Of a stretch of DNA of 64,000 nucleotides, positions 1 through 9,412 are shown one piece after another. Within the stretch, counting starts at the first letter, position 1. Each line of letters begins with the position of its first letter. The stretch covers positions 736,001-800,000 of the forward strand of contig CAVTHO010000007.1 in assembly GCA_963734545.1 (NCBI GenBank), read 5' to 3'. The notes under the pieces are model-generated. The model was not told the origin of the DNA, made no database searches, and was given only the letters and a program-made list of their open reading frames with translations. The stretch is from an uncultured Spirochaetota bacterium. Its GTDB lineage: Bacteria > Spirochaetota > Spirochaetia > SZUA-6 > Fen-1364. A program made the translations under genes and the position numbers.

Positions 1-3000
1 AGTGTGTCTCGTCCAGCGGCTTGAAATCGAAGTAGTCCCCGGACACCTCAGCGGCGCCCTCGTAGTACCCGTAGAACTCGACGTCCTTCGTGTCCTCTTC
101 CGCGGTGCTCCCCTTCCTTCCCGCCCTGTCCTTGGCCAGGGGAAGGAACATCTTCTGCACGTCCTTGCCGAGCATGAGCTCCTTGTTCGCGACGGCTGCC
201 TTGACAAGGCCCTGCGTCATCGCGTTCACGGTGTCAGCGAGGGTGCCGATCTCGTCCCGCGTGCGGACGACGATGGTGTGATCCTTGAGCAGTTCCTTGT
301 CTTCCGTGTCACGGATGACCGCCACGCCCTGCGCGAGCTTGCGGATGGGCGTGACGGTGATGTTCGCCATGAGGATTGCGCCCAGGATGCCCAGGCCCAT
401 CGCGGCAAGCGCGATGGTACCGGCGATGGCGAGGATGTTCCTGATCGATTCGTCGATCCGCTGGGTGATCGCCGCGGTCTTCACTTCGAGACGAATGAGA
501 CCCTGGTAGAAGGTATCGTCCGCCTCCAGCGTCCCGTAGCTGTAGTATACGACCGGCTTGTAGAAGAGGTACGTCGGTTTGAGCGTCTGGTTCGGCTCGA
601 ATGCCTCCAGCGTGGCGGGATTCCCGAGCTCCGCTTTTGCCTGCGTGTCGAGGCCGAGCGTGATCTCCTTCAGCTGCGAATTGATCTCACCCAGCTGCAA
701 TCGTGATGCTGCATCGGTCCTCGTGAGAAGTGCCTTCTGCCTGCCTTTCAGGCTTCGATATTGATCGATCAGGGAAACGAACTTCTTCAGTCCATCCGCG
801 TCTACCTTCTTCTGAAGCTGCGGGACGACGCTCTTCGCGAGCTCGTCGTCCACCGTTTCCTTGGCAATCCGGAAGTTCTTCGTGACATTCAGCTCGTCCG
901 CAAAGCGTTTCTGGTCGCTCGCCCACACGAAATCCTTCGGGTCGGTGGGCTTCAGAAGGGGATTCGCCACGGGGTCCGGTCCCGTAATGGTCGTATAGTT
1001 CGCTTCCGTCATCGCGTTGCGAAGATTGGGCATGTTCTTGGCATCGAGGAAACCCTGGTCGCCGAGGCGGAAATACGAATCCGCGCTCGCGGCGAGGGCG
1101 TCAAGAAGGATATTGGCCTGCTTCTGCAGCCCGGAGGCAAGGGCGAACCTTTCGTTGCTGATCATCTGCAGGCCGAGCGGTATGGACACGATGAGCACGA
1201 TCATCGTCACCAGGACAACCATGAGGAGGGTGAACTTGAGCCGGAGCCCCACTCCCCTTCTCTTGAGCGCCTTCATCCTGTTTTTCCTTTCCTCCCATCC
1301 CATGTTCGGCCTTCCCTCGAGGAGGGCGGCCACCTCAGTCCGCATCGCGGCCCCTTCGACAGCGAGCGCCGCAATCTTCCGTATCGCCAGGAATGAAAGC
1401 GCGCCGAGCAGGGCAACGACCAGGGCGACCATGAGGGAGTCGAATGAGAGTGTGTAGCGCGGCGTCCGGCCCGCAATCCAGCGCGGGAGCAGGATCTGGA
1501 AATTGCCGATTCGTACCGTGCCGGGAGACTCGAACGAGAAAACCGCATTCGGGGTGAAATACAAAGCCGGACCGTTCGGCCGCTGCTGCAGCAGACCGAC
1601 CTTGTACGCGCCGGAAGGACGGTTGGCGTCGAGCGTAATGCCGGAGATCGTCCGGTCAGTCACGGTAATCGGCGCGGCTGGCTCGAACTCCATGTCCCAC
1701 GGGGGATTCCTGCCCCCGCGACGGTCCAGGTAGACCTTCGCGAGGGCGCCGTTGCGCGTGAATCCCTTTCCGAGGATCGTGAGCTTCACCGTTCCCAGGA
1801 CCGGATCCCTGCTGGCGGTCACCAGGTCTATGCGGGTGACGAGCTGGTAGTTGCGGAGCCCGAGTGCGATCGTCGACGGCGGGCCGAAATTGCCTGCCCT
1901 GTCGACTGCGCGCACGGTGACGGCGTAGACACCGTCGTCCACGTTGGTGAATGTTCTATCCGTTCCGGTCGTCACGACGCGCTCGGGAGGAGACAGGATC
2001 GGCACGTTCGACTGACGGTATTCCTCGAGCGAGGTCCACCCCGGCTGGGTATTGAACGTGTAGCCGACGATGTCCTTGTCTCCGGCCGGCTTCCAATGAA
2101 GCGTGAACGTGTTCGTGCCCACCGCATAAGAGTTTGCGTCACGCTTGTCGGGCGCAGCGGGAGCGGCGGAGAGCAGCGTCTTTCCCTCCGGGTCGGTGAC
2201 TTCGAAGCTGACCGCTTTCGGCGGAGTAGCGTCCCGGGTGAAGGAAACGGTGGCCGGTACCGCCGTGACGTTGCCCGCCAGATCCACCGCGACGATGGAG
2301 AACCTCCAGGTGCCGTCCAGGTCGAGCTTGCGCGTCGCGAAGAGCTTGGTCCCCGCGGCCAGGGCAGAGACGGTCCGCCTCTCCTTCTCGACGGATGTCG
2401 TTCCCTCTTCGTAGGTCCAGGTGTAGTGGTATTCCTTGATGCCCGCCGGATCCTGCGGCTGGGGCTCACTCCAGCTCACGGTAAGCTCGTCACGATTGGC
2501 CAGCTGCCCCGGAAGGAAATCGACCGGTTTCACGATGGGGGCGCCTACCGAGGCAAGGGGATCCAGCCGTACAAGCGAGGCAGGGCCTCCGGCAGTCGAC
2601 TGGTTCTCCCAGAAGATGTAGAGCGACCCCTTGAGGACCGCCGCATGGGGAAACAGGGCGTTCAGGAGGTGGTCGGTGTTCAGCAGCGGCTGAGTCTCCC
2701 ACGTCCTTCGCTTCTGTGCCAGGACTATGCGGAACGCTCCCGCCGACCCGTCCGCGTAGAGAGCGTATTCCTGTCCCTTCAGGTAGATTTCCCGCGCAAA
2801 TCTTGCCGGAGCGTCGGATGCCAGCGTCTCGAGGGCGCCGATGACGGCCGCCTTTTCATCCAGGTGCACCGAGAGGATCTTGGGAGTATTCGTCCCGAAC
2901 GGAGAGCGCTCCCAGAGCAGACCGAGCTCGGCGCCGAGCACCGTTATCCTCGGCCTCTCGTTGTCGAATCCGAGAGGATCGTCCCCGAACATCGGTCTGA

Positions 3001-3808
3001 GGGAAGTGATCGCAACGGCCTTTTCCCAGGTCGCTCCGTTGTCGGAGCTGATTTTCGCGTACAGCTGCCAGCTGCTGGTCAACTCGGTCCGCTTCCGCAA
3101 GGACTGGAAAACCACGTATTCCTTCCCTCGAAAAGCGACGTGCGAGGGCTGGAGCTGCGGACTGGAGACGTCGTCATCGGCAGAGACCAGGGGCGCGAAA
3201 TCTGACCACGCGCGGCCGTCGGAAGAATGGCTGTAGGCCAGCGTGACAGAGCCCGTGCCGGTGTTCACCTCGGTCCCTGTCGTGCCCTGGGAGACGAGCA
3301 GAAGGAACCCGTTGCCGCTGGTGGAAGAGAGGCCGGGCGCGCCCGTTGCCGATCGCGCCCGGATGCGCCCTACCTGCGCGAAGGTCGCGCCGTCGTCAAC
3401 CGACTGCAGAATCGCCGTATCGCGGTCCGAAGTGGAAACAGCGACGAGTATCCTGTCCCTCGCATCGACGGTCATGGAGTACACGCGCGGCTCATTGCCT
3501 TCCGTGACTCCCGTATAGTGTATGGGTCCGAAGAACCTCGCATGGGACTTCCAGGCGAGGCCGTCGCGCGAAACGGCAAGGGAAAGAAAAATGTCTCCGG
3601 TGGTGCGGTCCGTGGGCGCGCGCGGCGTGATCTCCTGCCAGGCAACCGCGATGAGGGAGGTGCCGGTCGCGGAGCTCGAGGACCCTATGCCGGCGGGCAC
3701 CAGAACCTTCGGGTTTTCCCAGTAGAGTGTCTGCCCGAGCCCCGGCAGGGCGGAGACAAGAAGAAGAGCTCCACACAGGGCGAGGACGGCGTTCTGTCTC
3801 CTGCTCAT
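1..3808 (-). CDS. Large membrane sensor PP2C/SpoIIE-family phosphatase (signal peptide, Asp-box and FN3-like extracytoplasmic region, TM helices, HAMP, SpoIIE); 3' end lies outside the window
   Basis: Absent from the ORF track because there is no in-window stop. ATG at 3808 gives MSRRQNAVLALCGALLLVSALPG. The same frame at the left edge reads ELMLGKDVQKMFLPL...YGYYEGAAEVSGDYFDFKPLD (PP2C motif). Asp-box ISSDNGATW near 3040. Confidence 0.85.
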   Translation of the reverse strand, partial: MSRRQNAVLALCGALLLVSALPGLGQTLYWENPKVLVPAGIGSSSSATGTSLIAVAWQEITPRAPTDRTTGDIFLSLAVSRDGLAWKSHARFFGPIHYTGVTEGNEPRVYSMTVDARDRILVAVSTSDRDTAILQSVDDGATFAQVGRIRARSATGAPGLSSTSGNGFLLLVSQGTTGTEVNTGTGSVTLAYSHSSDGRAWSDFAPLVSADDDVSSPQLQPSHVAFRGKEYVVFQSLRKRTELTSSWQLYAKISSDNGATWEKAVAITSLRPMFGDDPLGFDNERPRITVLGAELGLLWERSPFGTNTPKILSVHLDEKAAVIGALETLASDAPARFAREIYLKGQEYALYADGSAGAFRIVLAQKRRTWETQPLLNTDHLLNALFPHAAVLKGSLYIFWENQSTAGGPASLVRLDPLASVGAPIVKPVDFLPGQLANRDELTVSWSEPQPQDPAGIKEYHYTWTYEEGTTSVEKERRTVSALAAGTKLFATRKLDLDGTWRFSIVAVDLAGNVTAVPATVSFTRDATPPKAVSFEVTDPEGKTLLSAAPAAPDKRDANSYAVGTNTFTLHWKPAGDKDIVGYTFNTQPGWTSLEEYRQSNVPILSPPERVVTTGTDRTFTNVDDGVYAVTVRAVDRAGNFGPPSTIALGLRNYQLVTRIDLVTASRDPVLGTVKLTILGKGFTRNGALAKVYLDRRGGRNPPWDMEFEPAAPITVTDRTISGITLDANRPSGAYKVGLLQQRPNGPALYFTPNAVFSFESPGTVRIGNFQILLPRWIAGRTPRYTLSFDSLMVALVVALLGALSFLAIRKIAALAVEGAAMRTEVAALLEGRPNMGWEERKNRMKALKRRGVGLRLKFTLLMVVLVTMIVLIVSIPLGLQMISNERFALASGLQKQANILLDALAASADSYFRLGDQGFLDAKNMPNLRNAMTEANYTTITGPDPVANPLLKPTDPKDFVWASDQKRFADELNVTKNFRIAKETVDDELAKSVVPQLQKKVDADGLKKFVSLIDQYRSLKGRQKALLTRTDAASRLQLGEINSQLKEITLGLDTQAKAELGNPATLEAFEPNQTLKPTYLFYKPVVYYSYGTLEADDTFYQGLIRLEVKTAAITQRIDESIRNILAIAGTIALAAMGLGILGAILMANITVTPIRKLAQGVAVIRDTEDKELLKDHTIVVRTRDEIGTLADTVNAMTQGLVKAAVANKELMLGKDVQKMFLPLAKDRAGRKGSTAEEDTKDVEFYGYYEGAAEVSGDYFDFKPLDETH

Positions 3809-6800
3809 GATATGTTGAGCGCCACCTCGCATCGCTTCTTCAGTCTCTGCAGCTCGCCATACGTCCTGTTCCGGGGTGCATCCCACAGGCCGAGGACCGT
3901 ATCGTAGGCGCCCTGGTAGTCGCCGGAGAGATACAGATTGAGTGCCTGCTTGTACTTCTGCGTATCGACGGGCGACAGCGCGGTCAGCGCGGTGCTCCCC
4001 ATGCGGATGCGGATCTGGCCGTCGAGGCTTATCGCCTCACGATTGTCCGGATTGATTCTCAATGCCTGCTTCAAGAGATCCAGCGCCTGCTGGAACGCAT
4101 CGGGGGACCCGTCCTGCTGCACGGTGTTGGCGCGGCGCACCAGCTGGTTGGATTCCGCTACCTGCTGGGCGGTGGCCGGCCGGCGCCTCAACCCCAGGTC
4201 GAATTCGAGCTCGCGAACCGTGTTTCGTGTCTGGGAGGCAAAAGCAGGATCAAGCCTTTGATAGTCCAGCAGGGCCAGGTACGCGGTTCTCTGCCCCTGG
4301 ATATTGGTCCCGTCCGTGGCGAGCTTCGTATACTCGGCAATCTGCGCGGCCGCTTCTTTCTGGAATGCGGTGGGGTCCGTCTGTTTCTTTATCTGCAGCG
4401 CGAGCACTTTCGCGGCGCCGTAGTTCGGCGCCACGGCGAGGGCAAAGTTCACGTTCTGTTGGGCTTCCGTCAGTCGATTCGTGGCCATCGCGTCCCGCGC
4501 ATACTTGATGAACGTATTCACCACGTCGGCCTTCGGATCCAGCCGGGAGATGTCCCGGCCCTGGCTGATCTGCAGCGCATTCTGAATGTTGACGCTCCTG
4601 ATCTCGAATGACGGGTTGGGATCGGACTGCGTCTGGGCCCAGTCCTTCTGCGCCGCATCGAGGGCGTCGTATGCGCCGAGAAAATCCCGCGCGTTCAGCC
4701 TCTTGTCGATCTCGGCAAGCCATCTCTGCGCCGTTGCGTTCGCGATCGATGTCCGCAGCCCCAGGATCGCTGCACGCAGCTCCGGGATGTCCTTGTCGGT
4801 TCTCTTTTCCGCGTATGCCGTGTACGCGATGGCCTGGGACCTGATATATGCCTCGTCCGCCTTGTCGAGCTGGGAGGTCGCGCCGTCCGGATCCTTCCTG
4901 TTCAGAAGGCTCTGGGCCCCCGCGAACCAGTTGTCTCCCTCTTTGCTCGCCACGGCCGCGTCGTCGATCTGCTTCTGTGCCTTGTCCAGGAGTTGACTCA
5001 GCTCACCCTGCTCGGCGCGCGCCCTCTCGAGCAGATCCTCGTAGCCTGCCCGTCCGCCCGAACCCTTGAGAAGGGCCAGGATCGCGGCGCTGTTCGCCAC
5101 GTAGGGCTTGTCCGCCTGCAGCGACCTCGTGATGTCGCCGATGTCCCCGGTGAGAGAATCCAGGATCGCCCCTCCCTCTTCGAAGCGCCGCGCTGCCTGA
5201 TCGGGGTACTTCGGAGGAATGCCGACAAAGCCGGCAGGCAGCTCGCCGTTTTTCGTTCCGGCCATGAGGTCCAGTCCCTGTTTCTTGAGGGCAACCGTCT
5301 TGTCGAGCCTCTCCTGATACGTGATTCCCCTGATCGATGCAAGCCTCACGGCGAAAGACAGATCGCGCGGTTGAAGGTCGTCGTTGATGAACCCCGAAAA
5401 CAGGTCCGCCATGGCACCGGCCGATCGGGCAAGGGATCCGAGCGGAACACCCGTGCTCATCTGGGACGTCAGTGAAGAAGTGCGCGCGCGCCATTCTCTC
5501 TGGTCCGCGTCCGCATCGGCGGCACGCGCTGCGATTTTCGCCCGCGCGGCGGAAAGCTGGCTCGCTTCTTCCCGGACTTTCGCCTCATCGACCGGCGCAG
5601 CGGAGCTCGCGACGGGCAGCGCGGCGAACTCCCCGCGATACGTGATGAGCTTGCGGAATGCCTGGGATTCGGCCGCCTGCTCCTGCGCCGTGGAAGCCCG
5701 CGCAATCTGGGCTTGAAGCGCGTCCGTGCCGCCCGGAGCAACCGCCCAGCCCGATGGACCGAACGTGACAAGCCCTGCCCCCGCCAGCGCGATCCCCTTG
5801 AGCGCGACCACACTGCGATAGTAGGCATCATCGAACTTCCTGTCTGCCGTCGCGAAGTCACCGGCATCATACGCCGCGCGCGCGGCCGCGAATGCGGCAC
5901 CGGCGGCGGCCTCGGAGGCCTCAGCCGCGGCCTGGGCGCGCTCCTGCCAGAGGACCTGGAGCGCCCGCGCGATTCCCTCCGTCTTCTTCTCCCGCCCCAG
6001 GCACAGCGAGATGACGTACTTGAGGTAGGCGTCGTCCCTGCCCTTCCCCGCGGCGTCCCTGATGGATCGGTTCATGTCCGTGATGCCGGCCGCGGTCAGG
6101 CGTATGGCTGCCTCCGCGCTCGCGCCATTTCGAAGCGGGGAGACCGCGGCATCGAATGCGCCGAGCGCGGCCGGTGTCGCAGTGCCGGAAAGCAGGGATC
6201 CCACGGCCGCGGGGACCCCGGCCACCCGGGGAGCGTCCTTGATCTCCTGCCCGGCGACCGACACGATGCGCGCGACCGCGTTCTGCACGCTGGTCTCGAT
6301 GATCTTCCCGTAGCCCGCCGCATCGAAATCGGGCTTCTGCATGGTGAATCCCGCAGCCTTGGGATCGGTGAAAGGCAGGAGATACAGAGAGAGCGCATCC
6401 GGGATCTTCCGCTCCGCGATCAGCGCCGCCGCGTTGTCCATGAGCTTGTAGAACCGCACGAAATCGAAGGCGCTGGCTGCCTCCGTCAGCGCGCGCGCAG
6501 GGTCTATTCTCTGGAGCTCTGCGATCAGCTGCAGGCCTTTCTCCTCGTTGTGCTCCTCATAGAGGGCCTTCACGAGCTGGGAGAGGACGCTGTTGTACAT
6601 CTGGCCCCGTACAATGATCACCTCGGATATCAACCTTGTCGTTTCGTCACTCAGATTGGGATTCGTACGCTGAATGATCGTCAGCAGCCGGAGCGCGCCA
6701 TTGTAGTCCTGCTCCTGCATCAACTTCTGCACGTCCGAAAGGCGTGCCTCCCCCTGCCCCCCTGCCAAAAGGGGAGTGGCCGCTCCGGCGAGCAGGAGGC

Positions 6801-6846
6801 TGAGGCAGAACATGAGCGCACGGGCTTTCAGGCCAAGCGTCGGCAC
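3805..6846 (-). CDS. Large secreted alpha-helical/TPR-containing hypothetical protein (1013 aa)
   Basis: Long ORF with a signal peptide and TPR-like segments (ALDLLKQALRINPDN); 4-nt overlap with the downstream phosphatase gene. Confidence 0.8.
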   Translation of the reverse strand: MPTLGLKARALMFCLSLLLAGAATPLLAGGQGEARLSDVQKLMQEQDYNGALRLLTIIQRTNPNLSDETTRLISEVIIVRGQMYNSVLSQLVKALYEEHNEEKGLQLIAELQRIDPARALTEAASAFDFVRFYKLMDNAAALIAERKIPDALSLYLLPFTDPKAAGFTMQKPDFDAAGYGKIIETSVQNAVARIVSVAGQEIKDAPRVAGVPAAVGSLLSGTATPAALGAFDAAVSPLRNGASAEAAIRLTAAGITDMNRSIRDAAGKGRDDAYLKYVISLCLGREKKTEGIARALQVLWQERAQAAAEASEAAAGAAFAAARAAYDAGDFATADRKFDDAYYRSVVALKGIALAGAGLVTFGPSGWAVAPGGTDALQAQIARASTAQEQAAESQAFRKLITYRGEFAALPVASSAAPVDEAKVREEASQLSAARAKIAARAADADADQREWRARTSSLTSQMSTGVPLGSLARSAGAMADLFSGFINDDLQPRDLSFAVRLASIRGITYQERLDKTVALKKQGLDLMAGTKNGELPAGFVGIPPKYPDQAARRFEEGGAILDSLTGDIGDITRSLQADKPYVANSAAILALLKGSGGRAGYEDLLERARAEQGELSQLLDKAQKQIDDAAVASKEGDNWFAGAQSLLNRKDPDGATSQLDKADEAYIRSQAIAYTAYAEKRTDKDIPELRAAILGLRTSIANATAQRWLAEIDKRLNARDFLGAYDALDAAQKDWAQTQSDPNPSFEIRSVNIQNALQISQGRDISRLDPKADVVNTFIKYARDAMATNRLTEAQQNVNFALAVAPNYGAAKVLALQIKKQTDPTAFQKEAAAQIAEYTKLATDGTNIQGQRTAYLALLDYQRLDPAFASQTRNTVRELEFDLGLRRRPATAQQVAESNQLVRRANTVQQDGSPDAFQQALDLLKQALRINPDNREAISLDGQIRIRMGSTALTALSPVDTQKYKQALNLYLSGDYQGAYDTVLGLWDAPRNRTYGELQRLKKRCEVALNIS

Positions 6847-6977
6847 GGACCCCCTCGGTTCATATTATCGACCAAAATGGCGCGTGGGTCATCCCTAAAA
6901 CCCCCTCCGGGCGGGTCAGAAGGCCTTTCCGTTGTATGGAATTGAGCTTCATACCGATGTATACTTGTATAAAGAGT

Positions 6978-8213
6978 ATGAGATTACTAAGGGTATTCAC
7001 GATATCTCTCATCCTCATCGTGAACTCTATCACCATCCAGGCGATCGGCAATGACCTCTATTCCTGGTGGTCGGACACGTTCAACCTCTTCAAGGACCCC
7101 AACACGGGGTTGACCTCGTTCCCCACCCTGCTGATCCCCATGGGAGGCCTTTCCGAGGGCATGGGCACCGCCTCCAGCGCCGTGGCCAGGGACTCCGGCT
7201 ATATCGACTCGAACCCGGCGGCAAGCTCCCTCCTGCGGGTCTCCGAGCTCGCCTTCTATCACCACAATTGGATAGCGGATTCGAATCTGGAGGGCGTCGT
7301 CTACACGGTCCGGTTCAATGACCTCGGCATAGGGGTGGGCGGCAAATTCCTCTATGTCCCCTTCACCGCGTACAACGAGTGGGGGGTGGCGGGCGCCAAG
7401 GACTACATCACCGAGACGGTCGGCACCCTGAATGTCTCGTACAACTTTCTTTCCAATTTCTATTTCTACGGCCTTGCCGTGGGGGGAAATCTCAAGGTTG
7501 CCTACCGGAACATACCGCCCGTTTTCGCCGCCAACCAGTCCGCCCTCGCGGTCATGGCAGATCTGGGACTGCAGACGAGCTTCAACTTCCTCAAGTTCTA
7601 CTCTTCCCAGTCCAAGAACTTCTCCACCGGGCTCGTCGTCAAGAACCTCGGTATTTCCACGCTCGCCGACGAGGTGCTGCCCCAGGTGGCCACCGCTGGC
7701 TTTGCCTGGTCCCCCTTCCGGCCGTGGATGATCGCCGTGGACTTCAACCTGCCGTTCACTTTTGCGTTCCAGGGTATTCCCGCGGAAACCTGGAACCTGG
7801 CGGTCGGGACAACTGTTGCAATGACGGATTTTCTATCGGTACAGGCGGGAGTGCTGTGGAAGGCTGACAATCCGCGGATCAGCATCGGCACGGCCCTCGC
7901 GCTGGGCATGCTCGACCTTACGGTGAACTACAACCTCGATCTGAGCGGCCAGCTGAATCCCCTGGACAAGTTCAGCGTGCAGGCCAAGTTCAACCTGGGA
8001 GACTCGGGACGCGCGGTGCGCGCGGAAGAGGCGGCAAAGCTGTATCTTCAGGGCGTCGAAGAGTTCGCCAATGGGAACTACGAGGCCGCCATCACGCTCT
8101 GGGAACAGGTTCTCAAGCTCGATCCCAAGTACCTGCCGGCCGCCGACAACATCCGCACCGTGAAGCAGACCCTCCGGCTGCAGGAACAGATGCAGAATCA
8201 GAGCACCAGGTAG
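6978..8213 (+). CDS. UPF0164 family (FadL/PorV-like beta-barrel) outer-membrane protein with C-terminal TPR
   Basis: Motif LIPMGGLSEGMGTASSAVARDSGYIDSNPAASS, alternating beta strands, and C-terminal TPR (YEAAITLWEQVLKLDPKY). Start chosen at the signal-peptide ATG 6978. Confidence 0.8.
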   Translation: MRLLRVFTISLILIVNSITIQAIGNDLYSWWSDTFNLFKDPNTGLTSFPTLLIPMGGLSEGMGTASSAVARDSGYIDSNPAASSLLRVSELAFYHHNWIADSNLEGVVYTVRFNDLGIGVGGKFLYVPFTAYNEWGVAGAKDYITETVGTLNVSYNFLSNFYFYGLAVGGNLKVAYRNIPPVFAANQSALAVMADLGLQTSFNFLKFYSSQSKNFSTGLVVKNLGISTLADEVLPQVATAGFAWSPFRPWMIAVDFNLPFTFAFQGIPAETWNLAVGTTVAMTDFLSVQAGVLWKADNPRISIGTALALGMLDLTVNYNLDLSGQLNPLDKFSVQAKFNLGDSGRAVRAEEAAKLYLQGVEEFANGNYEAAITLWEQVLKLDPKYLPAADNIRTVKQTLRLQEQMQNQSTR

Positions 8214-8223
8214 AGCCCGCGCA

Positions 8224-9378
8224 GTGCACGACACGGAATCACTGGAGGCGATCGAGCATCCTATTCCCGAGCAGACGCTGCGCAGGATCCCCCTCTATCA
8301 CCAGATCCTCGCGGAAATGCAGGTCCGGGGCGAGTCGTACGTGTCCTCCCGGCACCTGGCCCAGTTCTTCCGAATCGACGACACGCAGGTGCGCAAGGAT
8401 GTCTCGCTCATCGGCTACAAGGGCAAGCCGAAGGCCGGCTATTCGATCCTGGGCCTGAAAAAGGCGATCGAGGAATTTCTCGGCATCAACTACGAGAATA
8501 CCGCCATCCTGATCGGGGCGGGCCGGCTGGGCTCGGCACTCAGTCAGTACCCGGGGCTCGCGCAGTACGGTCTGCGGCTGGTCGCGATCTTCGACAGCGA
8601 CCCGGCCCGGACAGGCAGCGTGCTCGGCGCGTTCACGATACTGCCCATGGAGTCCTTGCAGCGCGTCGTGCGCAGCTTCGATGTGGGGATCGCCATCCTC
8701 TGCGTGCCCAAGGACGCGGCGCAATCCGTGGCAGGCCGCATTGTGTCTCTCGGCATCAAGGCAATCTGGAATTTCTCCCCCACTCAGCTCACCGTGCCGT
8801 CCGACGTCATCGTCCGGAATGAGAACATCGCCATGGGTCTTGCCATCCTGTCGCATTATCTGAAGCGGCGCAAGAAGGAAGGCCTGCCCGCCGCCGGCGT
8901 GGAATCCCGGGAAAACCCTCCCCAGAAGCTGATCGAGATATTCTCGCGCTACCAGCCCAAGCGGGAGCTGCTCGTCCAGATCCTCGAGGACGCGCAGAAG
9001 GCGTTCGGCTATCTCTCCTACGAGGTCATTGGCCACATCGCCGATTTCCTGAACGTCGCAAGGGAAAAGGTGATCGAAGCCGCCGCGTTCTACCCGGTGT
9101 TCCGGACCGAGCCCCTTGCGCGCTTCCGTATTGCCGTCTGCAGGGGGGAGACCTGTTCCCGAAAAGGCTCCGGGGATCTCATGCAATGCCTCGCGCGTGA
9201 GCTCGGTATCGGGGACGGGGAGACGAGCGCGGACGGTCTGTTCTTCATCGAGACCGTGCCGTGCAGGGGCCTGTGCGCCGAGGCCCCCGTGATCAGCATC
9301 AACGACGAGGTCCTGCACATCTCATCTCCCGAAGACCTCGTGCGCAAGATTCGGGCGCTGCGCCCCCCGGGGAATTGA
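8224..9378 (+). CDS. rex: Redox-sensing repressor Rex fused to a C-terminal NuoE/HydC-like thioredoxin-type [2Fe-2S] domain
   Basis: TLRRIPLY...SSRHLA...QVRKDVS...GY winged HTH, GAGRLG Rossmann motif and IWNFSP. The C-terminal part has LVQILEDAQKAFGYL...AAFY and C-x4-C-x35-C-x3-C. Confidence 0.9.
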   Translation: MHDTESLEAIEHPIPEQTLRRIPLYHQILAEMQVRGESYVSSRHLAQFFRIDDTQVRKDVSLIGYKGKPKAGYSILGLKKAIEEFLGINYENTAILIGAGRLGSALSQYPGLAQYGLRLVAIFDSDPARTGSVLGAFTILPMESLQRVVRSFDVGIAILCVPKDAAQSVAGRIVSLGIKAIWNFSPTQLTVPSDVIVRNENIAMGLAILSHYLKRRKKEGLPAAGVESRENPPQKLIEIFSRYQPKRELLVQILEDAQKAFGYLSYEVIGHIADFLNVAREKVIEAAAFYPVFRTEPLARFRIAVCRGETCSRKGSGDLMQCLARELGIGDGETSADGLFFIETVPCRGLCAEAPVISINDEVLHISSPEDLVRKIRALRPPGN

Positions 9379-9403
9379 CAGCAGGGGCCTAGTCCGATTC
9401 ACT
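9375..9403 (+). promoter_or_regulatory. Putative sigma70 promoter for mazG
   Basis: TTGACA (9375-9380), 17 nt, TTCACT (9398-9403); the ATG follows 9 nt later with no SD. Confidence 0.4.
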
Positions 9404-9412
9404 GGCACCGCC

